A stretch of 63,014 nt of DNA, the filler included, from Choristocarpus tenellus KU-1152 (lineage: Eukaryota > Protista > Phaeophyceae), in NCBI GenBank assembly GCA_964200185.2. It is 7 parts of 7 records of this genome, joined end to end, with 100 filler letters (N's around TTAATTAATTAA, not from the genome) between each part and the next. Parts side by side here need not be neighbours in the genome. Positions count along the whole stretch, not along the records: positions 24,573 to 33,869 come from CAXNAD020003803.1; positions 33,970 to 45,602 come from CAXNAD020002215.1; 5 more parts are not named here. One strand, given 5' to 3'. Shown one piece after another: positions 25,030-39,040 of this stretch; position 1 is the stretch's first letter; every line of letters starts with the position of its first letter. Both the position numbers and the translations under genes were made by a program. The notes beneath the pieces were generated by a model that saw only the letters and a program-made list of their open reading frames with translations, was not told the origin of the DNA and did not search any database.

Positions 25030-28000
25030 GTCACAAAGAATCAGGTTTGTGAATGTAATCCCTAGCAAGCATCGCTCTAGGATCAGTCATACCAGGCGGG
25101 GCAAAGATCTTGGCTTATCTGAAAATACTACTCAAACTGTGGTAGCACATTGTGAGCTGATTCTTAGTCAGTGCAGACTTCCGTCTACGCTCAAGTCTAG
25201 GTAGAAATATAGTACAATGATATTCCAGCGAAGTAGCCCTATTTTCATTCGGCATTGGTGAATACTGTTCTTTTGGAACATTTTTTTTGTATCACACCTG
25301 TGCAATTGAATACATTATTTCAAGTGGCTTCTTTGTGTTGACCCTGGAAGAACGTTTTCTGTGTCTCTCTGTAGAAATTATTTGAATCCCTGCCAACTGC
25401 AGCAGTGCGGCAACCACAGAGTTCTTGTGTAATTCATCTCTTGATAGTACATTTCCCTTGCCAAGATAAGGCTCCATCAGTCTAGCAAGTCTGTCAGGTA
25501 GAGGTTGGCACTCTCTAATCTGTGTGACACAAAAATGAGGTAAGCAGCGTTAAGGTTGAGTATCAAGAATAATATATTGATCAAGTTGGAAAATGAGGTA
25601 TATCACTGTTGAGTATGAAATAGAGTTAAATGTAGAAGTGCAACCAGTGGACGATTTACTACATCTGCACAACTCATGTCATATGCACCAAATGACTAAG
25701 TGATCAAATGGTTACCATCTATGAACATGATCATGCATCACCCGACCTGTGTCAATGGAGTGACGAGCTGCTCAACTAGCTCTGTTAGTAGAGTGTGGAC
25801 TGTTCAAACACTGCAGCAAAAAAGACAAAGTTCAAGAATAATTCTAACAATTGGTAGTGCTTCAATATTACCTCATTATACTGTGGGACCCTGGACTTGC
25901 TTGGAAGGCTAGAAAAACAATCTCCGACCTCACTTAGCCCGACTAGCTCTTGGAATATCGTTGAGCACATTTCAGAGGCCACTACAGCAAAGAGGTCGTC
26001 GCTAGCCAATCGCATGGGCTCTTGTTGAGTGGTAGAAGGAGATATATTCTGAGGTTGCATTGACATAAAATCCAATTTGGGGGGGGGTTAGTTATGTTCA
26101 AGTGCAAATCACACATGATGTGTTTGTAGAAAATGTTTATCTTAGAAAAATTGCAATAATATCTTTTAAAGTTCATGCTTCAGCTCTGTAGGTGGGCACT
26201 GATGGTAAGGAGAAAGGATGATAGATCACAAACAAGAGCAACTGCTGGTGGGAACTTTGCTTTCTCATATTCTCTCACATTTCTATAGGGATAGTTTGGG
26301 GTTACGTGTGATGTTGAAGCTTCCCCCAAAAGAGTTCAATATTTTATTTTTTTTTACATTTCTACAGAATACAGTCGATCAATGAACAAGATATCATGTT
26401 CATATGTGGAGTCGTTAACTACCCAACATAGGTGTGATTAAGCTCAACAGGCAGAAATCATTGTCCCTGACATATATTCTGGCAGCTACTGTTGATATCG
26501 ATTTCTCAGACAAGCGAGTTTTTGTTTAGGATCTTACCTGTTGTACTATATTGAGCCCTGCACTCTTGTCAATGGCTCCAGCTTCTGTAGTAGTGCTTGA
26601 ACCTCTGTGATTGCCATGAGAGCTGGCATTCCCCCATCCCTTAGTGGAGATTGGGATGTATGGTAATGGTTCTGGCACCAGAAACCTATCTAGTTGTGCC
26701 ACAGAGCTGGGAATGTTCTCATTTGTCCTTTCAAGGCTTGCTGATGTTATGGATTGCTCATGAAGAGCACAATATCTTTCGCGTGACAACACCTCAACTT
26801 GTACCTGTAGGTACAGAATAGATGTCCTTCCCCTTTGATAGGTGTTGTACTGTCCTGGAACTTGCTGTGAATGATCCTGTGCAGAGTCGACTGTCTGGAT
26901 AAATCGACAGTATGAAGAGAGATGAAAAAAAAATGCTCAAGAGACAAGGAAGTGCTACATACAAGTTTTTCAAAATGATTTGGTATGACATTGGACTTGC
27001 ACAGCATGCTATATCACAGTGAGTTTGGGAAAGAAGAGTTGTGAAAGAACAACAACAATTTGTTGTTACAAGAGATGAGATATCTTTTGTACAGGTGCAA
27101 AAAAATATTCTAACCCAATGCTCTGAAGGTTGTGAGAAAGAATATGTCAATATAGACACAAGAACCTGAAACGATGGAGCTTCAGCGGGGGTGGTGGATG
27201 ATAGACCTGGTCTTGATCCAGTCATCCTTTGCTCATATGATTCAGAAAAATGACCAGTTTTTTCCAATGTGGAGAGCATTCTCTCCTCCCCAGACTTCTG
27301 TGCCATGACTCCCTCTAGTGGAAGAGGTAGACGTGAGCTCCCTGCTGAGGTGGGAACAGACATGCTCTGATTCTTTCCTTTTTTTTCTTCTCTTTGAGAG
27401 TTCTCATAAACTCCAGAAGAAGTCCAAGAGCCAGGAACAGCTCCTCGGAAGGCGCTCATCACATTTGAATTAGTGGTTGATGAAGGATAGTGTGGTGCTT
27501 TTTCTCCCTCACCATACAGTAGGGGGTTAGAGACCATCTGCATAGTGCGGGATCTTGTGGGGCGGGAAACCACAGGGACACGGGGCTCTGAAGCAACTCG
27601 GCGACTTTCACACAACTCCTCAATGCGACTCTCCAGGCGCGATCTTGCCCTACGGGGTTTGGGGGCCTGCGTTGAGGAAAATTTGATATTAGCATGTAGT
27701 TTCAGATTGAGCTACTTAGTATGTGAGGTATATACACATATTTGATCAACTTTGGCTTGCCATGTTGGTTCATTAAATCTCTCTCTATAATTCTGGCTTC
27801 AGAGATATTTCAGGGATATCGAAGTGATTTGATAATGACAACTCTGCATCAGCTAGGTAAAACACCCTTTAAGCTTGATGAGATCACAGATCGAGCTTTC
27901 CACAGTTTGTGAGCTTAGTTACAAACCAATTGCTGCCTGCGCCTCACCGGTGTTGGCAGTACCTCTCTCACAACGCATGGCACTCCCTCAGACAGTACCA

Positions 28001-31000
28001 ATGGATGGCACTCAGTATTGACGGTAATGTGAAGGAGATTTACTCCACCAGGTTCAATCCGTCCACTGCATGGGAATATCGAAATGAGGCCTGAAGAGAG
28101 TAATGGTGAGACCAGTGAGGTATCTGTGGAATCCCAGCTGAAGTCCACAGGCTGGAAGGATGGACGAAAAGAGTTGAATGAGAACTCTTAGAGACTTATC
28201 CTTTGCACTGCATTGAGAATAGACAAGTGCGCCTCTCTGTAATGCAATTGAGTCCACTTGCATGAATATGGATCGTATGTCACCACTATTGGAGGTCAAC
28301 AGAGATTATACAGTGTCACATAAAAAATTGATCTCCATAAACGGTTGGAGTAATACCAAATCAATTTGAGATACTCACCATTGAGCTCTTCAACTTTATC
28401 AAGGTCGCTAATGGGCATATAAAATGATATCATACCAAGGCACTACCCTCAAAAGTTCTAACGTCACGAATTCTTGGATCCGAATCTCACACAAATTCTT
28501 GAGTGAAGGTATCTTAGAGGGTGCGAGTTTTACCCTGTTTATCCGTTTGGGGCTTGGCTTCCCATGGGTTTTTTATGATATTTTTTCCTACTCTGAAACA
28601 TTTCGGAGTAGGAAAAATGTATACATTATGATAAAGTGTGTCCAGAACAAGGACATTGACACTTCCTAACAAACACATTAGCCAGAATTACATCATCATG
28701 GGAACATTTGATTTCGGTCCCCATACGGACGCGGCTCTACCCTCTAAGATTCTAAGATACTCTGACTCATGTGACTTCCTAGTGCAATAGGATAGGTGTG
28801 GTGACACACACCAACTGTTTTGTTGGTACTGGAGAGAAATCTGAAGTATTATATCTCTAGTGTTACCACTCACCCTGTCATGAATATGATTCCTCAATGT
28901 CAACACTCTAGTGTGGACAGTGCCTTGTGGCATAATCCCAAAATCTATCAGTTCGGTCCCCAAGAAAGCTGGCTGTGTAGTGGGCACTTCAAGTTGGCAC
29001 AGTGGTGGTAACAGACCAATTTCTTGTCCATGCAGTTCCTCGCGTCTGGATGGAAGCACAATAATTTAAGGCTGGCATGGTTGTCAATTGTGACAGTTGA
29101 TGACTTCTACGGGTAGGGTGAAGAACAGATCGATTCATGGGGAGGACCGTAAACAAATATATTGTGGAGATTGGTGGGTGTAGAGGGTATGGGTGATGTT
29201 CTTTTAGATAAGGTGATTATTTGAATCTTGTTTGCCTTGTATTACCAATAGAGGCTCTGACATGACCTTTGAAGATGTGAACCTTGTCCCAGGTTGGCAA
29301 AATATAACCATTGGCTTAGGCATGCTACAAAATCTTCTTCTCAATTTCTTTGTCATTGATTTCATGTTCCCACACAAGTTTTCACTTATCAAATCTCTAA
29401 TTACCCCCAGGCTCTTAGATTTGTTTTTCATCTTTATCATTGCAAGGGCATTTAGGATGAGAGGATGGTACAACTCTCTGTGGAAGACTTGAAAAAAAAG
29501 ACCTCGCAACTCTTGTTATATCTTTACCCCGCTGCCTAAGACCCTGGACAGCTTGACTCACCGTTGCGTTTTGGAAACCCTTGCATCATAACCGTGGAAA
29601 TGAATAACAATATCTACTTCCTGGATGTCTCCCTCCGCAAGATCTCCTGAACATTTGATCTTGAGTCTAATGGTATACTGCTTGGCCTCTAGTGGGACAA
29701 ATCTCCAGTGCAACAGTGCGGATCCTCGACCTGTGATTGTGCCACAGGCTTCCTCCAGTTGCAAAATCTATGTATTTTCGTTGGCATAATGAATGGAGAG
29801 ACTAAGGAATTGTAGCATGAGGGAAATGTATATCTACAATTTCTCCCATCCGTCCACCAGCCTTGATGCTCCTAGGACATCATGGTGAACGTGTTCAAAG
29901 CAATAATGCATTGTGTTAAAAAAGTCTCCACCATCTTACTCTTCGTGAAACAAAATTGTTCCTATCTTGCTCCTCCCAAGCCTAATGACATAGTCTTCTC
30001 CAGAAATATGTTAATGACTTTCAAGTACTCTAATTATATGGCTAAAATATATATTTTCCCTCTAGTTCCCTTTTGTGCTAAAAAAATTCCAAAATCTGTA
30101 GCACTCTCACACTCACCGGAACACCGTGACCCTGAATCCTATTAAAGTGCTTGATGGGCCCAACATCCACCTCATATTTCAGATTGGCGACTCCAACATT
30201 CAGAAGCTCCGTAATTTGGAGTGGGCCTTCATCGAGAGGGGTACCAACTGCCACAGGGCACATATTGTACTCCCGACCGAGGCCTGTAATTTAAGGAATA
30301 AAGTTATTTCAACGATACTTCACTCAAGACTTGTTCTTCTCCCCTCAAGAGCTCAGTGCAAAACATCTTGGACCACTTGTACTCCATTCTTCTTCAACCT
30401 TCTTCAATACTTCATTTTGTCACTCTGTTAGGAATATGATATAGGTTTTTACCAGTGGCTACAAAGGGAACCAAAGATCAGCCTGTGAAGAAATTCTGAA
30501 TATTTATTCAAGAGAATATTAATTTCTTCCCTTATAAATACTATCCAACCACTAATGCAGTTGCTCACCAGTCGGTATGTAAAGCATGGAAGACATTGGG
30601 GCTAAAGTTGTGCCCTTTAGATTGAGCCAAAACTGGCGGCCCTCCCTGATTTGCACCTATTGTTTTGGAGAAGGATCTGACTGTCAGCTTATCTTTGTTT
30701 CCTTGGTCTACATTGTAGATGTGGCACTAGGCAGAAGCGGAGGTGACAGACCTACAGAAGTAGTATGGGGTAATTGTTACTGTGAATTCTTCTAGAGAAA
30801 TGTGTTTGTTTGTAAGAGTCAATGTCTCTATGAGAAGCAGCAATAAAGACACCTCACAGTAATTGCACGGATGACTAAATTTTTTTTCATAACCATAAGA
30901 TGTGACACATGGAAATAGACTATGATATACATTGCAGAATGTTCCCTCACTAACTTGTAGAAAGCATGTGGAAGAACAGCAATTTCCCAGATTTCCTTAC

Positions 31001-33486
31001 TGCCCTAACATCAATTTGCTCTTACTGAACACCTTCGCCTCATTGTTTATGGAAAATGCTGAAGTTTAAAATACTACAAGACAATATTGATAATGGTGTT
31101 TGCAATTTTCACACCTTGCAACAGGCATTTTTTTACCCATGCAGCTCACCAGGATGGGGAGATCATGCACACCTCCGTACTTCAGTGAGCAAGGATTGTA
31201 TGAAAGCTGTAGGAGTTGACTTTCCCCAGCCCGAACCTTTATAATTGTCCCCGATGTAGGACTAAGAGAAAAAGCCTTGATGCAATCAATGACATCGTTT
31301 TGACGAAGGTCCTGTGGGGAAGATATAGCTTGCTTGAGCTTAAGTGTGGAAACATGACGTAAATTGACTACACAACGAATGTTTATATTTCGTGCATTGT
31401 TTCCAGTATACATGAAACAGAAACAAGTCATCCTAGTTCCTTTTCTTCTCCTTCTAATCGATACAATGAACAAATTTTCATAAATCTGCCCCACCTCTTC
31501 TGTAGGCTCTCCTTCGCTGGCCCAAGTCTCCATCTCAATATTTTTCTTATTTGGTAGATTCACACTGAAGTCTGTTGGCAGAAATCCAGGATTGCCAACT
31601 TGAAAGAAGAGATTGAGAGGACCAGACCCAAGAACTGCTGGAACGAAAGGCACCTCAAACTGGGGCAGCTGAGACATGTCAGGGGATGACTCCTGATACT
31701 CCATTTGGGGTTGTCCATTATCATATGAATGTCTGGGTTAGTATGATGAGAAGATCAATAACAGTGCCTAACTTGTATAACCTCTCATAACTATGCTGCA
31801 ATTTTTGCTCACCCCCACCTGATTAAACCTGATATCAGCCTCTGAAAGGGGTTTGCTGAGCATGGTGTTCACTCGTGAAAGAGAAAGTGCCGACCAGAGG
31901 CTGGCTGTGGATGCTCCAAGGCCCCCGCTTCCTTCTAGTCTCACATCTCGGAACACAACAGTGGGGAAAGATGCCCTGCGACAACAGCAGGAATGTGCCA
32001 ATAGTTATATTTAGCGTTGGAAATAGTTCACCAGATCATATTAAGTTGATAGAATGTGGTGCATGGTGCTATTCTACATATTTCACATTAAACTCGTGCT
32101 GGAGATTGATAGTTTATATCAAATATAGAGGTAGGTGATAATAAAATAGAGGGTAGTGTACTTGTGGTACGTGATGATAAGTCAGATATAGATTGTGTCT
32201 TACCCCATTGCTGTGGAGCAAGGCCTAGCTAGAGCTCTACGGCCCCCTTGACTACTGCAATCATTGGTCGGCAGGCAGAGTCAGTCACCTTCCCTTTACA
32301 GTGCATTGAAGGGGCATTAACACTCCATTTTTTCCTCCCTCATCATTCTCCTCGGAAAAGTTGCCCTCCAATACTGACTCTCCTTTAAAAACCTCTGAGG
32401 TGCAAGATTTTTCTCCCAGTGAAGCCTCCACCTCTCTAGGAGTCGCCAATATTGCCTTCCCCTTTTCATCTACTGCAGAAACCTAAATTGAGGAGTTTGG
32501 TAAGTGAGCTTCCTGTTTTTTGAAACAAAAACTAGTGTGAGGCATTGATATGACACAAATTACCAAAGCTACTAAGAAGGAAGGGAACAATGGTATCGTA
32601 CTCTAGCCGACCACAATCATTCCAAAATTTTCAATATTTTTTAAAGACTTCTCTAAACAAATTCCTCATGGATCATATTTCTGTCTTGATATGTTTGATT
32701 ATTTGTCGACAATTTTTCCTTATTTCTTGCCCACACACCCTGATAATGGCGAAAATGTATTCTCTCTCCACGTTTAGGACCACCATGAACTCAGACACAT
32801 GCACAAACCTGTGGCATCACTCCCCCTCCCACAAGAAAAAGAGCTTTTCTATGTGGGATAAATGGTGCCCACGACAAAGGTATCATCAGGCTAGAGCATA
32901 ATTTAATACAGAGCGGATAAGACATATTGTAACCCTAAGTTGCACCTTGCAAAGCACAGAAAACTCGTATATTCCATCAGCTGCTGGGTGGAAGGTGACC
33001 AGCGTTTTTGTGCGTGACCTATGTGGCATTAAGTATTGGATATAAGACCTGATGTTATGTGTTACAATGTTTGTTTCTCAACCATTCACGAGACAAATTG
33101 TTACAAGAACTTGTCTCATGCATTTCATGTATATAATTGGTCACATTTCTCTGGAATAGTTTGATTTCAATTCCACAAGCATTATGGAAGGTTTGGCTCT
33201 GAGGGAAGCAAACAGTTGTGTTGGAACAGTACGTCCAGCACTATTTGATACTGCCCACTCAGAGTGCATCACACAATTGATAGTGACATATGCTGGAAAG
33301 TTGTAATTTACCTTGCAGGGAGCACTCCCTCAGGGTCGCTAATGAGCAATGCATCCATCATCCCTCCTCCACCTTCCCTTGGGATGGGGTGCACGCTATC
33401 CTTTCCATCCCCTTTACAGATCATAATGAAGTCAGGCAATTGGGACAGATCGAAGACTATGTAAGTAAAGAAGTCTTCCACACTTT
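25030..33486 (-). CDS. CFAP65: Cilia- and flagella-associated protein 65 (CCDC108)-like, multi-exon, 5' part missing; 3' end approximate
   Basis: Exon peptides: DPEGVLPARSRTKTLVTFHP; ASFPTVVFRDVR...LWSALSLSRVNTMLSKPL; FQVGNPGFLPTDFSVNLPNKKNIEMETWASEGEPTEEDLRQNDVID...FSLSPTSG; WRFVPLEAKQYTIRL; LIDFGIMPQGTVHTRVLTLRN; ISIFPCSGRIEPG. These are repeated ASH/MSP Ig-like domains with CFAP65-like ExWAxxxE and PLEAKxY segments. Confidence 0.78.
28501..28768 (+). mobile_element. MITE family B (~260 bp) in a CFAP65 intron
   Basis: GAGTGAAGGTATCTTAGAGGGT...ACCCTCTAAGAT(TCTAAGAT)ACTCTGACTC; homologous to the 33548 and 43057 copies. Confidence 0.8.
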
Positions 33487-33513
33487 CTAAGAGACAAAAA
33501 TGAGGAGGGTGTA

Positions 33514-33869
33514 GGCTCAAAGTATCTGTGAGGGGGATGGCGGCTGTGAGTGAAAGTATCTTAAAGGGTACGAGTTTTGCTCTGTTTGTCCTTTGGGACT
33601 TGGCTTCCCACGGTTTTTTTTTTAACGTTTTCCTACTCCAAAATGTTTTCGAGAAGGTAAAATGTATACGTTATGAAGAGGTGTATCCGGAACATGGATA
33701 TTGACACTTCCTAACAAACACGATAGTCAAAATTAAATCAAAATCGCAACATTGGATTTTGCCTCCCAAATAGACGCGCCATTGCCCTCTAAAATACTTT
33801 GACTCTGTCCATTTGCGGTCAATTTCTTCATGTCGCGATTTTTGGGTGATTTGGTTGCATACGTCGGAT
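33514..33869 (+). mobile_element. MITE-A copy interrupted by a MITE-B copy (33548-33805); cut by the contig end
   Basis: GGCTCAAAGTATC...GGCGGCTGT|GAGTGAAAGTATC...TACTTTGACTC|TGTCCATTTGCGGTC; MITE-A resumes after a duplicated (C)TGT. Confidence 0.85.
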
Positions 33870-33969
33870 NNNNNNNNNNNNNNNNNNNNNNNNNNNNNNN
33901 NNNNNNNNNNNNNTTAATTAATTAANNNNNNNNNNNNNNNNNNNNNNNNNNNNNNNNNNNNNNNNNNNN
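33870..33969. other. Artificial contig linker
   Basis: N-TTAATTAATTAA-N. Confidence 0.98.
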
Positions 33970-34144
33970 GGGGGGGGGGGGGCGTGGCGAGGGGTTCTAC
34001 ACCAGGGTGTCCATTTGACCAAAATCAGGAAAAGTGCATTAACATTATCCGTTCGACGTATGGAATCGAATCACCCAAAAATCGTGATATGGAAAAATTG
34101 ATCCCAAATGGACAGCCACCACACACCCCCAGATACTTTGAGCC
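33970..34144 (-). mobile_element. MITE family A, reverse orientation, at contig start
   Basis: Reverse complement of the MITE-A body, ending CCCAGATACTTTGAGCC. Confidence 0.85.
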
Positions 34145-34603
34145 AGGTATCCCCTTTCGTTAAACTATCCTTCGATTATTTGTGGCGTTTCATCCCCAAT
34201 CGCATCTCACACATAGTTGAACAAACAACAGAGAGTCTGGAGATATTTACAATAAAGGCCCTTGCATGCAACACAAAAAAGTTGATGTATATCACGTTAC
34301 AACAAAACTGTACAGTCAGACTAGTTGGAAGTATTTATATTAATATTTGTGTTGACATCGGATAATTGTCAGGGGAGGACAGAAGAATTGGTCGACAACA
34401 ACATCCAAAAATGATTTTCCTTTAACGAAACAAAAGTGTTCACAAAAGTACTACCTTGTGATGTACATCTGTAATAAAGCAGTTTATTATTTAGAGAAAA
34501 AACTACCTATTGATCTGCACGATGAGCACGTCGTAGACAGAGCTCCACTTAGGACAATGACAGCTCGTGTATCTCAGATCTAGCACCAAAAACACACTCT
34601 TAC

Positions 34604-37600
34604 CTATAACGGCTGAACCGACCACTTTCCTATCACCGCAGATGTCATTGCCACCAGTATAGACCTCACTGTCTGATGAGGAGTCATAGTTAGGGTGGCA
34701 GTACTGAAAAGTGGGGAAGGTGTACGGAGAGCGATCAATTGCAGAGCAAGGCACGGAAAAGTCATCCTCCACGGCCTCGTTGCAGCGACCCCCTTCAAAG
34801 CGCCTCCACCCATAGTTGTTTCCACACCTTGTGAGACATTAGTTGAGGAAGACGGGGATTAGGGAGGTGGGAGGTATTTTTTCAAATCTAGGCATTTTCG
34901 ACCGCAATTGTCCCGAATCCGCTCAAAATCAGATTTTCAGAAATCCTGTACTTCTGAGTTGCATAGTAAGAGCTTTCCAATACTACTTAATCATAGTCTC
35001 TTACGCCCACTGATATTTGGTCTATGCTGTTATGGAGGAGAAAAGAAGGAAGAACTGTACGTGAGAACACACCAACCTAGTGAATATTGCATATGCAAAG
35101 GGTCTTCCTGTACAAACACCTGTATAAAAATTATATCCCACAACAAAAGCAGATCATACACTACAAGACTAGCAACACTAATTGACTCCGTCAGGTCTTT
35201 GAATTGTAGGCCCATTATAATTCATGAAGGTGGGTGCCAAGTACTCACTCGATGAGATTGATTTCTTCTACCCTCGTCTGGCCAACGTCACCACAGTAAA
35301 GCTTGTCAGTAGCTCTGTCAAAGCTGCACTGGTAAGGATTCCGCATACCCCAAGCACAGATCTCTGCCAAACCTTTACCTAAATACAGCAGTTAAAAGAG
35401 TGAGTACAAAATCGCGAGGGAGTGCATGACGGTTGAGATTCACTGCCATTGATAAATGTAGTAGGTAGACCCGTCTAAAATACTGTTGTACTCTAAAAGC
35501 ACATACAGTAAGTTGTTGCGACAATTCGTTTTTCCTGTCAAAGAGAGTCTATAGAGATTCAAATATCTGAAACGGTAATTCTATAATGTTACAAGTAATC
35601 TCTATTTCCTGCATGCACTCTCACATTCTTATAGGGATCTTAACGCGAAGGCAAGCGGGCGAAGTACTCCCTGCCATGTCCAAAGAACCTACCTGAATGT
35701 GCAAAGGGATTAGAGCTTGGAATTGTATAGCCTGTTTCGTCGGGATCTGACGACACCTCGATACGCATCATAGACCCATGCATATTTGTAGGATCTTGGG
35801 CATAATTTGAAGGGTCCTCCTGGGGCCCTCCGTCGCCGATTACCCAGTATAGCTCGTACGAGGCCTGCTTCAAAGTGAATTACAGACTGTGATGGTTATG
35901 AACACCAGAAACAGCTTGTTTTTCGAAACCGTCCAGTCACGTTTGCAAGCGGTTGTTGCTCAAGCCTAAACCTTCAGCAGTGTCAATATCAATCAGTTCC
36001 TGATTCGCCCAACTATCATACTCACTGCACGGGAAATTGTATACTACACGTATTGCAGCACTATAGGCGGTTGGCATAAAAAGAACCCAAGATATGCAAA
36101 ATAGTGAAAGCGCCTTTTTCAAGAACACTCAGAAATAAGGTGTACTGACGTTCAAACTGCATCATGGTCATCGTCATGATGAACAATGGTCGATGGCCTA
36201 GTCCTACCAGTCTAACCTTGGTAGGATTTGCATAGTCTGAGGGCTTGAACCCGACCCAGCTGCCACTGTGAATAGCTGCTGTCCTGGGGATAGACGTAGA
36301 AAGAACCTCCTCAGAAGCTGCTGTCACTTCAGGATTCCCAGCAGTGTAGACGAACTTAGACATTCGACTCCGTCCCATCTCAGTGGCGCTCTGCATCTCA
36401 AACAGATCCCAAGAGAAACAATTCGACGGTACATTGCTCTGTCAACTATTTTTTTAGCTACTACTGCTACTATTACTATTACTATTACTACTACTTCTGG
36501 AACAAATTCAATCTTCCGAGTATGTTGGAACGTTGTTAAGACAAAGCAGCACTATCTACAGATCCCTCAAAAAAAAGGAATCTGTGCATTGCTCTTAATG
36601 TCGACAGTTGGCGATTTTCGGTTAGTAGGGGGAGTAAGGGATATTCCAAAATAGCGTCCGTGTCAATGTAATGCTCAACTTGGCACCATCAAAACTAATC
36701 ATCTACTCGACTTCTGTATACAGTAGTATGAGCGGACTACATAAACTTTTTATGAGTTTGAAGCTCTATACAACACAGCAGCAATGGCCTGAGCCACTTC
36801 AGCATAGATCTCACCAGTTTTACGTTGTAATGGACGTAGAACAGATTGTTTGTAGTGAACTCTGGGTGGAATGCAAAGTCCTGCAGACCCTGCTCACATG
36901 CCACAAAAGTGACAGAAGGGGAAATCAGCGAGGAGTTTGGGGTTGTGGCGTTGTGGAGTTGTCCTAGAATAACATCGGGTATATGAGTTACTGAACATTT
37001 GGAGAAAAGGGTTCTATTTGGTTCAAAATAAGAGGAAAAGATATGGCAAGTTGAATATATGGTGACCGCTATGCAACCACCCTGACTCCAGCAAATCGAA
37101 CTTGTTGCTATTTCGGTATCAGATTGATACCTTGGTGCAGTGAGTCAGCAGGGGAGATCAAGGCAATTACGTAATGTGATTGCCTATGAAACCTCTACAA
37201 GTCTTGTTGGTCACAAGTTGTGATATCACGTCGTGCGCACATTGCGAGTAACCACTAGAAACTCAACAAGGTGAAAGCCCCTGCCACAGCTTCCTATAAT
37301 CAAATAATAATAACATAAGCGTAAACGCCATATAACTGACCTCTTCGAACGAAACGAGGAGGTTGTGTCCCTTGCTGATGTCCATGACTTGGGTAGCTGT
37401 CGAAACATCTGGATCATTAGCGTCAAACTTCAACAACAAGAGGATGGATATGAGGTAACAGCGTTTTAAGTAGAAATTTTCTTACATGGATAAATGATCA
37501 TCTCACCAAACCTCATTTGCAGTATAGAGTCTAGAGTTTATAGTTTTCTGGGTTTTCGGGACAACAGTGCAAAACTGTCTTAATCGAAATATACGTTGAA

Positions 37601-39040
37601 TGTTCAATGCTACTATTTCTTTCCATATGAGCATGATGAACCTGTCAAAACTATACATGGTGCAATAGTGTGGGAAATGTGTTGCCATAGAGAGGCTCAA
37701 TCTATAGTCCACACATAGTTATTCTGCATATGTTCAGTTATGTAGTATCCGCCAAAAACACAACCAGAGAGAATACAATCAGGGTCATAAATACCGTACC
37801 GCTTCTCAGTCTGCGTACTAGGCATACAGAAGAGTGTACAGATAAACGCGCTTACATATCACGTTATTCACACCTTCTAGTGCACTTGTCCTTACCTCTA
37901 TAATCTCGCCTCCCTGTCCCGCCACCCACCACTTAGTTCCATCAGGGGTCATGTGCATGGCAAATATGTCCTCCGGAAGACTGTCCAAAGAGAGGGACTT
38001 GAATGATTTCTGCATTCCTGAGACAAAATTGGTAGCTGAATAGACAGTTGAACACCAGAACCAGGATCAGTGGCCTAATATGTTTGTATCTCACTAGGTA
38101 GAACGTAAACGAGACACGACTTTCTATGGTTACCTTCTTCAAACTATAAGCTAGCACTTCAACTAATACTGCCTTTTCCACAGAGCTTTAAATTCTACTT
38201 CGTAATCCGGCTTCCCCACGGACGACAACCGTGGTGGCCGAGTACATCGTGTCACACTTGAACTGGCCGCGTATTATAAGTAAATTTTGAGCACATTGCC
38301 ACGCTCTTTCAACACATAGAGGGTAGAGTCGTAGAAGCAAGGTTTAACAGAGTTGGGGAAGTTTCACACTTACAGTCTACTTCCAACGGATAAGACCAGA
38401 ACTGGTCTTCGCTTCCCCCAGTATGCACGTCACAGTAGTTGGTCGGCAGTCCAAGCTGACTGCCACATGCGTTGACATACGATTCGCAGAACTCATTCGT
38501 GAGGGTCATTCCATCAACCGGGGCTGAGTCGCCCAGATCTGGACCTAACCTCTCAAATAGATGGGCACTAAAGCCGAGACAGACCCCGCACGCAACCTGG
38601 ACAAGTTGGGAAATAGAGTGCAACAAAGTGGTATGGGTGTTCCTGCGAAAAGCTACAGGATCTTATAGAGAAGAATGAACGGAGAAAGTCGAACGACGAC
38701 TACGAGTATCAGCACCAGTACAAACAAAAGAGATCATGACAATGTTCAGGGATTGCTATATCCAAGGGCGATCGTGGTGAACGGCCAAGCTCGTGTGACA
38801 CACCTGCTTGTGCAGATCTGCGCATTCGCCTGTTGGAGTCACAGCGTTGTACCTTTCCTGCACCTCAAGCTCTTCAGCTTCCGAGCAACAGTTCCCGTTG
38901 GGATCATCTGTGCAGAATAAAGGCTCATAAGTTTGAGAGGGGACTCTATCCGGACCATACCAACAAAGAGGGTGAGCCCACACGCTAACCGTTGTTGACA
39001 CGAGGAGGGGTAGTAGCAGTCTTGCGACCAGCGATGCCAT
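34604..39040 (-). CDS. Secreted HIPL1/HHIP-like protein: signal peptide + Cys-rich folate-receptor-like domain + glucose/sorbosone dehydrogenase beta-propeller; 3' exons missing
   Basis: MASLVARLLLPLLVSTTVSVWAHPLCW...NCCS...CADLHKQVACGVC...FCESYVNAC; EEGLQDFAFHPEF; IHSGSWVGFKPSD; WVIGDGGPQEDPSNYAQD...HGSMMRIEV...YTIPSSNPF; EICAWGMRNPYQCSFDRATDKLYCGDVGQ...EEINLIECGNNYGW...SAVIG. These are GSDH-family motifs over ~9 GT-AG exons. Confidence 0.9.

Noticed and set aside
38010-38375. Apparent in-frame TGA (selenocysteine or micro-exon) at a GSDH exon junction
   Set aside because: An acceptor 18 nt upstream (ttcag|ct acc) gives the open frame VDSTNFVSGMQK.
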